Assembly: GCA_024626585.2 (NCBI GenBank)
Contig: JANKJI020000002.1
Span: 231,937,585-231,958,141, forward strand
Direction: 5' to 3'
Length of the DNA stretch: 20,557 nucleotides
Source: Ginkgo biloba
Taxonomy: Eukaryota > Plantae > Ginkgophyta
Shown here one piece after another: positions 1-10,041 of the stretch. The translations under genes were made by a program, and so were the position numbers. Position 1 is the stretch's first letter, and the number at the start of each line of letters is the position of its first letter. A model generated the notes under the pieces. It made no database searches and was not told where the DNA came from. It worked only from the letters and a program-made list of their open reading frames with translations.

Positions 1-880
1 AGGAATGAAACAAAAGTGTGATTAAAATTCAAGAAGATATATGGGGGAATAAATTTTGGAAAAAATTAGAACTAGGGAAATATCGATTGTGTGGGGACTG
101 TGCAGGGGTTGTAGTATGAGGAAGATTCGAAGAAAAATGTTGTCTCTTTCTTTACTATTTGCCACAATCAATTGTGTCACCTTTGTTATAGTAAATGAAA
201 GGGGAAGGGGACTAGTGGATTTGGAAATAATTTTTATTGATAAGAGGAAACAAGTAGATAGTTATACTATCCTTACTGGTGGATTTTAATCCATGTAAAA
301 CCTACTTTAGACTTTGAAGATGGATGGATTAAGGAAGATTAATAGTGAAGCAGTATGCAAGGACTCTTCTCTCAAAAAATACTCCCAATAATTGGAGGAT
401 ATAAAGGGGAGAGTTTAAAGAGAAGTAAAGGATAAAGGTCCATAACACATTTCCTCCACATTCAAACTAAGAGATCCATATATCTAGGGGAAACAACTAT
501 TCATTAGGTCATAACATGTGATATAAGATATCAATTTTTACACTACTCTCCTGAGATCATCAATAATGATTATTGGTGATTGTGGAATGAATCTTGATAC
601 ATATGCTATCTTATATAGGGAACTATGTTCTAAATGTTCTCCATTATTGTGATCATATATCTTCAACTATAATTAGTTATTAATCTAGACAAATGTCTTA
701 TCTTAGAGTTGTTGTAGACTCTATTTGTTGCTCCCTTATGGATGCCTCTTTGTATCATTTTATTGTGAAAATAAAAAAACTATTCACATGCTCATATTGT
801 ATCCTTAACTTGAAAATGGACATGATTTAAAAATAATATTTACTTACTGCAAAATATTTACAAACTTCATCTTCTTAAAA

Positions 881-1769
881 TCATAAATAGAAATGTTTCA
901 AATATTGCCCATTTACTAGAATAGGTAAAATAGGTCCATATTTTTTCTTGAGTATGAAATAATTATCTCTAATCAACTAAACAATCTCATAAGGCTCAAG
1001 CCAAAGTGAATCAAACTTGTGATGAGCATCGATCTTCTCCTTTGTTGTATTATACATTAAGATATGGTCACCTATCTAGAACTTCTTCTTCAAAGATTTC
1101 TTATCAAAACATCGTTGGATATTTTCCTAGTTTTTTTTAGTAAGTAAATCCATCACTTACCTTTTTTCCTATAGCTATAAAAGGTCAAACAAATACCTTT
1201 CAATAGGATCCTTAATACAACCTTCACCATTTTATTAAAAAACCAACCTAAACACTAAGATTTGGAGGTTTATTGGTAGGATCATTTATTTCCCAAACAC
1301 TATAGAATATGGGGAACGCCCAAGGCTATAATTTTGGGTAATTATGACTTTCCACAAATATAAACATAACTTGATGTGTTAATCCCACTAATTTTCCTTT
1401 ACTACCCTCTTTAGAATTTTGATGAGATTCTTGATANNNNNNNNNNNNNNNNNNNNNNNNNNNNNNNNNNNAGGGGGTTAGTAATATACTATAAGTTATA
1501 TAAAATTTGATCATATGGGTTGAAACAAATGTAGTTCCATTGTCTAACATGATCTAACCAAAAATTCCTAACCTTAACGACAAAAATAATTCTAAAAATT
1601 AAATCATCTCATTCAAAGAAGCCCTTTTTAGAGGAACTTCCTTAGCCCATTTAGTAAAGTAATATGTGGTTGTTAAGATATACATATTCCCCTTGATTTA
1701 AGGTGGATTTATTAGGTCTATTAAATCTAGACCCCAATGAGTAAATGGATCCTCTAATACAATAGATGT
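881..1769 (-). pseudogene. Degenerate Ty3/gypsy (Tat/Ogre-like) integrase core and C-terminus
   Basis: Manual minus-strand translation gives PFTHWGLDLIDLINPP*IKGNMYILTTTYYFTKWAKEVPLKRA ... IMLDNGTTFVS ... KFDSLWLEPYEIV*LIRDNYFILKKKYGPILPILVNGQYLKHFYL* (stop at 881-883). This matches the rve WGLD/DYFTKW/DNG motifs, a GPY/F-like motif and the VNG..LK.F end of non-chromovirus integrases. There are many stops and frameshifts, and the 5' part is lost in the 1770-1869 gap. Confidence 0.9.
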
Positions 1770-1881
1770 NNNNNNNNNNNNNNNNNNNNNNNNNNNNNNN
1801 NNNNNNNNNNNNNNNNNNNNNNNNNNNNNNNNNNNNNNNNNNNNNNNNNNNNNNNNNNNNNNNNNNNNNTCAATAGAGGAT

Positions 1882-3058
1882 AGTAACAGGGATGAAATCC
1901 AACAAAAAATTGGTCTCACTCCCACTAAAGTTTGTAGGGGAACAAATAGGGGTTGTTATTGGCAACCCTAACCAAAACCCTAATGGGAAAATCCTCTAAG
2001 AATAAAAATAAAACAAACTAAGATAGTATAAAATCCAAATTTAACTTAAATTTAATTTTAACTTCTTCTTTCCATATTTTAATTTCCTTTTAAAATCAAG
2101 AAAAGAGAAAAAATATTAGTTAGAACAATTAGATCTAAGTTGATAGGAAAATATAGGGTTGTCAAGCTGATTGAACAAGTATAAAAAATTCCACTCCTCA
2201 TCCTATTAGATCCATCATTTAAATTTGAATGCTTCATCACTATCCTAAGGTAGACAAAATACCATTGAGCCCATGGAAATCCTTTAATATGCTAGTCTAA
2301 ATAATGGATAGAACCAAGAATAAGTGTTCAAAGAAAGTTATGGAGGACTTCAAGAAAATAAAGTCCTGGGAGAGATTACAACAAGGTAAGAAAACCATAA
2401 ATAAGGAATACCAAGAGGTAGGGGGTGGAGAATCATATAAAATCCACTCAAATAGAGTTTGTAGATAGTGATTCCAAAGAAATTATAGAAAATAATCCTA
2501 TATGAACCAAAATTGCCTCCCTTGGGCCATTTTTGGGACCTAATTTATAGATGTACAGGGGAAATTCTATCTAATAAGGTCCTTACATTCAATATTTACA
2601 TGAATTGATACTTTAGGACATGAAGGAAACCCTAACCATCTTAAAAATGGATAGGGAGTTTTATATTCACATTCATAATTTATTTTTTTCTTTTAGAAAC
2701 TATTGATGTTGCTTAAGAGCATGCAATTATAGACAATTCCACTTAATAATGTACCCTCTTGTAGTACACCATTAGAGAGCATGCTAACAAAATAATGTTG
2801 AGCATAGATAAATGGCATGGGAACCACTACTTAGAATCATGAAAAAAAGATAAAATAAAGGGAAAAAAGATTTCCAAACAAGCTAGAAGGATTTTAGCTA
2901 GTCCTAAAGTGTTAATGGATATTTCTAGGATTTAAGAAGTAGTTAAGAGAGCAACGATAGTAGAAAAGACATATAACAACCAATAAATAGCCCATTTTAT
3001 TAATAACAAAAAAAGAATATATGAATGGTGCAACAAGGAACACTTATTGCTTGATTGA
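1882..3058 (-). mobile_element. LTR-like repeat, copy 1 (homologous to 14764-15678)
   Basis: About 2180-3058 aligns collinearly by eye with 14764-15627 (offset about 12.57-12.58 kb). Shared words include GGGACCTAATTTATAGATGTA, GTACACCATTAGAGA and AGATAAATGGCATGG. A minus-strand TATA (CTATAAATTAGG) sits at about 2539-2550, followed by a pyrimidine-rich R/U5-like tract. The candidate terminus is AGTAACA at 1882 (degenerate TGTAACA). The other end would fall in the 3059-3300 gap. Confidence 0.65.
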
Positions 3059-3750
3059 NNNNNNNNNNNNNNNNNNNNNNNNNNNNNNNNNNNNNNNNNN
3101 NNNNNNNNNNNNNNNNNNNNNNNNNNNNNNNNNNNNNNNNNNNNNNNNNNNNNNNNNNNNNNNNNNNNNNNNNNNNNNNNNNNNNNNNNNNNNNNNNNNN
3201 NNNNNNNNNNNNNNNNNNNNNNNNNNNNNNNNNNNNNNNNNNNNNNNNNNNNNNNNNNNNNNNNNNNNNNNNNNNNNNNNNNNNNNNNNNNNNNNNNNNN
3301 TGGTGGAGTGACCAATAATGTTGTTGTATATATTGTCTATGATTAAAGGGGATTAGTTTTTTAGAGGACCTTCTTAGAATTTCAAAGTGTAAATACACTA
3401 AGAACTGAGGAGGACATAATACAAATGCATCTGTGTGAACTAACAATGTGGCATGAGGTGTATCGGGTTGACAAAAGTAAGGTCATACCCTTTAGAAAAC
3501 CCAAGTAATCTTATGTGACTATCAAAGTGCCAATACTTCTCCTATTGCATGTATCTATGTAAGTGATAAGTGCAAAGTGTTAAAAAGAGTCGTTGATAAA
3601 TTAGGAGAGTCATTCTGAGGTTTATAGAAAATGGATAATCTAGGGAAACTCAATGATCTTAATAAGACGCATTGCCTATTATTCACATCCTCTTCAAGCC
3701 CAACCTCATCTGACTTATTTTAGATTTATTCATATTTTAAAATTTTAAAA

Positions 3751-3879
3751 CCTCAAGGGCAATAGAGATATAAGTCAAGCATTTTAGGAGCCTTTTTTAT
3801 TTTTATATTTTAGTGCTTGTTTTAGATTTTCCCTTATATTGGCATTTTAGGACCTCAAAGGTAATAAAGATATAAGTCA
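3751..3879. repeat. Two 27-bp direct repeats, 102 bp period
   Basis: CCTCAAGGGCAATAGAGATATAAGTCA (3751-3777) vs CCTCAAAGGTAATAAAGATATAAGTCA (3853-3879), 24/27 identical, each followed by a TTTTAGG motif. Confidence 0.8.
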
Positions 3880-4690
3880 TTATAACTTTTAGGGCATGTT
3901 TATTTTTTGGCCTAATAATATGGTCTAGCCTTCTCCCCATGTGATACATATACCTTAGAGGTTTGGTGCACGAGTTACTTTTTTAAGGTGCTTTTTAAAT
4001 TATAAAATTTTTAAACATGGAGCTTATAGGAAGAAGAATAGTAGGTAAATGAGAGCTAAGTTAGTATTTGAATAGGTATAAGAGGCCTAGTGATGTGATC
4101 TCTCATGGGATAGTTATTGACATTTTATAGATTGAGAGAGCCCCTTTGATTCAGAGGGTGGCAACAATGATCTTGGTGTTTAGGATCTCATACAATTAGA
4201 AATTTAGGGGTATTCCATTTGGATTTATTCTAGTGCTCAAGAGATGTACTCAAGGTATCAGGTATGATTAGATAAAGTACATGATTAATTCTTTAATTAG
4301 TTAGCTAAATTCAATATAGTAAAGAGGTCATGTGATACTCACTTATAATTCATTCTTATAAGCATGATTTTTTTTAGCACTTCCATACATTCCAGCTAAC
4401 AATCTAAGCCCTCAATCCAGGTCGAAGACCCTATTTTTTCCATTTTTGATAAAAAACCAACTTAAGGTCAAATTTCAAAAAAAATNNNNNNNNNNNNNNN
4501 NNNNNNNNNNNNNNNNNNNNNNNNNNNNNNNNNNNNNNNNNNNNNNNNNNNNNNNNNNNNNNNNNNNNNNNNNNNNNNNNNNNNNACCCAAAAAAACATT
4601 TGATGCAAAATCCAAATGGGATGCTTGTGGCTTATAAGACCATCTCTAAACATCCTAGAGTTTAAAGTTTAAAACTTTAATTTTCAACTT

Positions 4691-4735
4691 AATATTGACT
4701 AAGTGTAACTTTAAAAGTTACACTAAGTCAATATT
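4691..4735. repeat. 45-bp near-perfect palindrome
   Basis: AATATTGACTAAGTGTAACTTT-A-AAAGTTACACTAAGTCAATATT has 22-bp arms, one A/A mismatch (4701/4725) and a 1-nt centre. It is preceded by a 19-bp palindrome TTAAAGTTT-A-AAACTTTAA (4662-4680). Confidence 0.95.
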
Positions 4736-4754
4736 TCATGTCGGTTTGTAAAAG

Positions 4755-4836
4755 TGACGTCGATGTCAGTTTGTAAAAAGATGTTAGTGTCACTATGAAA
4801 TGATGTCAATGTCAATTTCCAATGATGTCAATGTCA
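4755..4836. repeat. Short tandem array of a 14-bp TGAYGTCRATGTCA core, 22-24 bp period
   Basis: TGACGTCGATGTCA (4755), AGATGTTAGTGTCA (4779), TGATGTCAATGTCA (4801), TGATGTCAATGTCA (4823). Confidence 0.85.
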
Positions 4837-5789
4837 TTTTCACTCAATTCGACGACTTACATGACCAACATGATAAAAAACAAATTCGACAATCGACATG
4901 ACCAATTTGAAATCAAAATTTACAAATATAGAGAATAATTGATACTCCAATAGATGATCAATTACATAATAGTTTAACTATCAACAAAACTATAAGAATT
5001 AAAAATTGGGATGAACAAAAGAGGGAGAATAGACACCCATACAGATAGATGAAATGGATTGGATAGAGAGTGACATACAAGTCAACAAATAAGTTGAATT
5101 CTATTTACAGTAAAATAGAGAAGCAGATCTGACAGAGTGTAGGAGAGTCTTTGGAGACCAATAGATATACACTTGGATTGGATATTGTATGATCGTGTAC
5201 AAATCTTGAGTTGCAACTCATAGACAGATCCAAAGACATAATTTTTTATACTTCTTTGCTACACATAATTTTCTTAATAATATTCTTGATTTTTCTTCCC
5301 CATGAGGGTTTCTCTAGTTTAAAACATTGTATCTGTGTATATTTTTATGTGTGTTTCAAACTTCTATCTTTGAATTTTTTAGATTCAAANNNNNNNNNNN
5401 NNNNNNNNNNNNNNNNNNNNNNNNAATATATGCTTAGACATAGATTTCTAATTGTTTTCACATAATTAAACTATAAAATTCATAATCCATAATTACTGAC
5501 ATTGGGAGATTTTTTACTCACCCACTTAAAATATGGATCAGATCCCAATCACAAGCACCACTGAGCATAATTTTTTTGGTAGATATGTACACATATTTTT
5601 TTTATATGCATATATATTTTTGTATGAATTAGATAGTCATCTCATTAGAGAGAGACAATATTATATTATACCTATTGAAATACACACATATAAATGTTTT
5701 AGGCATATGTAAATATTTTTTTATTTTTAATTGTTATTTTTTTATTTTGGTATAATGATATATACATGTGCAAAACTTCTAGTTAGATA

Positions 5790-6892
5790 TTATAAGTAAT
5801 GTAGTTTGAGGAACCAAGAGTTCATAGGATGCTAAAATTATTACCCAACCAAATTAGAAATTCAATAATGTTTTTCTAGAGATCCTCCAAGATAATTAAA
5901 TAACCAATCTATTTGGGGACAAAGTTGCCTTTTCTATCAAAAAGGTAGTTAAGCGTAAGGATCTTATCTCCCATAAGGAAGGTCTTATGTGTTACCTTTT
6001 TCTCATAGGTTAGTAAAATATGGTTATAGAAGGATTCTAATATATTATGATTAAGGAGCATCTTTTTATTGAGCTCCTCAAGTTATACAAGACGGGAGGC
6101 TTTGAAAGAGTCCTAATCTAGAAAGTACTTAGTCAAGATCTATAAGATCTCGAGTAAGGGAACTTCTTCACACTATAAACCAATGAGTAGGGCATCATGA
6201 ATTTGAGATTGTAAAACTAAGTTTTGTATTCCCAGAGGGAAGATATGATCTTGAAATTCTAGTTGGAATAGGACTAGTTGACCATTTATTTTAGAATCTT
6301 GATTAAGGTCTTATTGAAGGCCTCGTCTTGACCATCATTTATGGTTAATGAGGTGTAGAAGTAATATGAGTAATCTAAAACTTCTAGCATAGCTCATCGA
6401 TATGGAGATTGTAGAAATATTTATCGTTATCAATGATGATAGTATTAGGAATATCAAAACAATAAATGTTTTGATTAAATATGAACAATATGATATTATG
6501 TATATCTATGTTATGAATTGGAATCATATTGGCCCACTCGGTGAAATAGTCAATGGCCATAATAATAAACTTATGGTTATTTAAATATGGAGGATGGATT
6601 ACAAGAATAAGGTCAAGTCCCCATTTTGAGAAATGACATAGGGAAGAGATTTCCCAAAGTAATTGGGTAGGTGCACGATATAATTTAGAGTGCTCTAGGA
6701 ACTTGTGGCACCTATGGACATAATCATGCATGCACGTCTTTAAATATAGTCAACCATTAATAATCCATCCTCAGATTCTTAAAGGATATAGGCTATCCAC
6801 CAAATTGTCCACCAAAAATACTTTTGTGACATTCATAAATTGCTTTCTGTGCTTTCATTGGGGAAAGGCATCTTAGAAGGATACCATCAAAG
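5790..6892 (-). pseudogene. Degenerate Ty3/gypsy (Tat/Ogre-like) integrase (zinc finger, rve core, C-terminus)
   Basis: FDGILLRCLSPMKAQKAIYECHKSIFGGQFGG*...; ORF 6384-6731 reads HDYVHRCHKF...FSKWGLDLILVIHPP...HKFIIMAIDYFTEW...IPNTIIIDND; then DGQDEAFNKTLIKILK; ends PMNSWFLKLHYL* at about 5790. Stops and frameshifts throughout. Confidence 0.92.
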
Positions 6893-6992
6893 NNNNNNNN
6901 NNNNNNNNNNNNNNNNNNNNNNNNNNNNNNNNNNNNNNNNNNNNNNNNNNNNNNNNNNNNNNNNNNNNNNNNNNNNNNNNNNNNNNNNNNNN

Positions 6993-7631
6993 TTCCAAAT
7001 CTATAGATGAAGACATGAATAAATTCGATCGGTTTTAATTTTTTCTCCTCTTTGCTAGTAATTCACTTCCTCTATCAGTTTTCATCGTATATCTTGCATC
7101 GATTGTTGTGGCAGCATTTCCCTCTGTCGATGACTCGACTTCATTCATACGTAATGGTTCCAAATGTTAAGCATATGGTATATCTAATGAGTGTATAGTA
7201 ACTCCCTACCCTACTTATAGATACATGAATACATATATTCTGAATCACATCCACATGAGTCAATCACATCCATTACACTCTACACAGATATGGAAAAAAC
7301 CATCCAAATCATTATATTAATCAGTAAATACCATTACATTATAGTACACCTCATACAAGTGCATGTATTTCTCATAGCTAATTAATTCTTACTTTATAAT
7401 GTCTATACATATATAAAATGTAGACGATTTCTTAACCGTCATGGAGGTTACAACCAACACGTAAGTCAATGATAGTTATCAGGCTTTTGTTGGTGTCAGA
7501 GATTGATGTTGGTGAACTGCATGCAAGTCTTCCACTAACATGAGTCTGGAATTTGCCTCACATTGGTGACTGAATGATCTGTCAATGTCGGCTTAGGCCT
7601 TATCCCACTTACATCAGATCCTCGTCCAACA
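6993..7631 (-). mobile_element. Younger LTR inserted into the RNase H of the Tat-like pol
   Basis: The RNase H reading frame (..QKDDDGKE*DVY) switches abruptly to unrelated sequence starting TGTTGG at 7631 on the minus strand. A minus-strand TATA-like CTATAAGTAGGG lies at about 7209-7220. CG dinucleotides are retained, unlike the flanks. The far end is hidden in the 6893-6992 gap. Confidence 0.65.
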
Positions 7632-8790
7632 TACACGTCTTACTCTTTACCATCATCATCTTTCTGGTCTAACATGGCATCAAGGGAGAAGTCGGTCATA
7701 AAAGTATAAACTATAAATGATTTTTCTAATCAAGGGTAGTAATAAAATAGGAGAAAACATATGATCCTCCTTTATTTTATAAAATGTTTCATTAGCCTAA
7801 CAATACCAATGAAAGGGGATATCCTTCTTCAATAGGTCAGTCAAGGTTTTGTCTTTAATACAAAAATTGGCAATAAACATTCATAAATAGGGTAGTTTCC
7901 CCAAGAAAAGATTTAATCTATTTTTTAGTATAGGTGGAGGAATTTAAATAACAACCTTAACCTTATTAAGGTTAGGCTCAATNNNNNNNNNNGAGATATG
8001 AAATGATCAAGAAGCATCTTGGATAAAACCAGATAAACACATTTCTCAAGATTCATACTCAATCAATATTTATGACAACACTTGAATATGATGTAGATAT
8101 CATCAAGGTAGTTTTATCATCTACAAGATAATACCATAAGGTCATCAACATATTCTTGCATGATTTTATTAATTATGTCATGAAAGATGAACATCATCAC
8201 CCTTTGATAAGTGGTGCTGGCAATTTTTAGTTCAAAAGGNNNNNNNNNNNNNNNNNNNNNNNNNNNNNNNNNNNNNNNNNNNNNNNNNNNNNNNNNNNNN
8301 NNNNNNNNNNNNNNNNNNNNNNNNNNNNNNNNNNNNNNNNNNNNNNNNNNNNNNNNNNNNNNNNNNNNNNNNNNAAGAATCTAATCAACAAAAGATAGGG
8401 GAAATTTTTCCTTGGGGCATGCATCATTTATATTTTAAAATTCAATGCATATACAAACAATATTGTGTTTCTTCTTAACCAAAATAATATTGGTAATCGA
8501 TTAAGGATAATCAATGGATACAATAAAGATAACCTTGATCAGTTTCTCAACCCCTTATTTTATAGTAGTTGAGATCTTGGGATTAATAAGCCATTGTAAT
8601 TGGTGCACATGCTTAGTTCCTTGATTAATACTAATATTATGGGACACTACATAGAGATCCATTGCTTTCATGTTCTAATATTCCAAAGAAAATATGTTAG
8701 AGAGAAAATGATAGAGTTTCATGAATTCATCAATCTCACAAGTAGAGATAGTAGCCCTAAACTAGATAATCTTAGGAGTTGAGTTGATCT
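7632..8790 (-). pseudogene. Degenerate Ty3/gypsy reverse transcriptase and N-terminal RNase H
   Basis: NIFSLEY*NMKAMDLYVVSHNISINQGTKHVHQ...LVKKKHNIVCICIEF*NINDACPKEKFPLSFVD*IL / PFELKIASTTYQRVMMFIFHDIINKIMQEYVDDLMV (YVDD at 8141-8152) ...SMNLEKCVY... / NKVKVVI*IPPP... / KSFIVYTFMTDFSLDAMLDQKDDDGKE. The DACPK..FPL and YVDD signatures are typical of Tat/Ogre/Athila RTs. Confidence 0.93.
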
Positions 8791-9659
8791 TTAAATTAAC
8801 ACCAATGATAGGATCAATTGCCATGATACTTCCCTCTTCAAAGTGCTCACGAGTAGGTGATAGGTCACTTGGTGTGGATGAGAGAGGAGAGGGATCCAAA
8901 GATTTAGCACCAAATATTAGACAAGATTAGACCATATAAATATGATGGACAACGAAGGACTCAAAAGATTAAGAGTTATCATAAGAAGAATAGAGGTGGC
9001 TATGACTAGAATCTTCTAATATAAAATATTGGTTACGTTCTAGAGGGACCAAGTGATTAGTTGAAGGTGCATCGTCCACTTAAATATTTATAGGTGGAGT
9101 CGTCATGGTATTAATGATATTAGGCATGCATTACAAGAATGGACAAGGGGTAAAGACTAATCTAAGTAATTAGGAAGGTGGATGGTATAGAAGAATGTGT
9201 CCCCTAAGTTTATTGAACTAGGAAGATTCAATTATATCAAGTGAGACACTTGTTCAGTTAAGAGGCCATTGATATTCAAGATCAAAGGAAATTAGAAGTC
9301 TATCATCATCTAGAATCTCCTTGTAATTGAGGACCATAGGAAGAGTAATAATCTTTTTTATATTAGTTAGAAAGAGGAGATCATGGGATTCCTAATCATC
9401 TTAAGGTAGAACATGTATCACAGTGATATGGTAGATATGATGGAATTAGGAGGATTTAAGAAGATTTAAATCCTCTTAAGAAGTATATAAATAACTAAGG
9501 TTTGAATCCTTAGTTAATAGATACTAACCAAGGCCAAATGGGATGAAATCCTTAGTTTGATTTGAATCATTAAACAAATTTTTTTTATAAAGCATAATTT
9601 CAACTAGCAAAATAGTAGAGACCCTAGGAGAAGAAGTTTTAGGTCCAGGTAGCAAACAC

Positions 9660-9941
9660 TTTATATGATGAATATGACCCAAATGGAAAAATTATATATC
9701 CTTCAAGAGAGATGATACAATGGTGTCCATGTCATTTATCCAAGATCTCCCTAATAGTAGATTGTAGTCTAGTTCTTAAATAATAATAACAACCTTAATG
9801 GAAAATAATTTCTCACATAGGGTAATCAAGAGAGAGATCTAATACATGGGATATTTATGACACTTATCATATCCCTAACACACCCACAAATTAGGGTGGA
9901 GTGAACCTACACCTAGTTGTTCATATACCACAAATGGCATG
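9660..9941 (-). pseudogene. Degenerate retrotransposon aspartic protease, C-terminal half (Tat/Ogre-like)
   Basis: MPFVVYEQLGVGSLHP...ELDYNLLLGRSWINDMDTIVSSLLKDI*FFHLG matches the YNLLLGRPWIH...PST..KF motif. The catalytic D-x-G lies in the 9942-10041 gap. It is on the same strand as the RT and INT and in the right order. Confidence 0.82.
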
Positions 9942-10041
9942 NNNNNNNNNNNNNNNNNNNNNNNNNNNNNNNNNNNNNNNNNNNNNNNNNNNNNNNNNNN
10001 NNNNNNNNNNNNNNNNNNNNNNNNNNNNNNNNNNNNNNNNN

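Larger units (their letters stand above)
4586..5462 (+). mobile_element. Probable LTR fragment or solo LTR (Copia-like U5)
   Basis: Non-coding. A CG-retaining U3-like part has short repeats, followed by a purine-rich R-like part. The U5-like part has TTCTTCCCCATGAGGGTTTCTCTAG and T-rich tracts and ends ...TTTTCACA at 5462. The left end is hidden by the 4486-4585 gap. The family call rests on resemblance only. Confidence 0.35.

Noticed and set aside
56-289. 77-aa ORF as a host gene
   Set aside because: TTG start, no domain, located in a retroelement 3' region.
1698-1925. 75-aa ORF as a CDS
   Set aside because: Joins LTR-like sequence to an integrase fragment across a 100-N gap; only the last 23 residues are real integrase.
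2932-3446. Several ORFs here and at 4446, 8227, 14265, 14333, 14944, 14979, 18947-19254
   Set aside because: They are long only because N-runs contain no stop codons.
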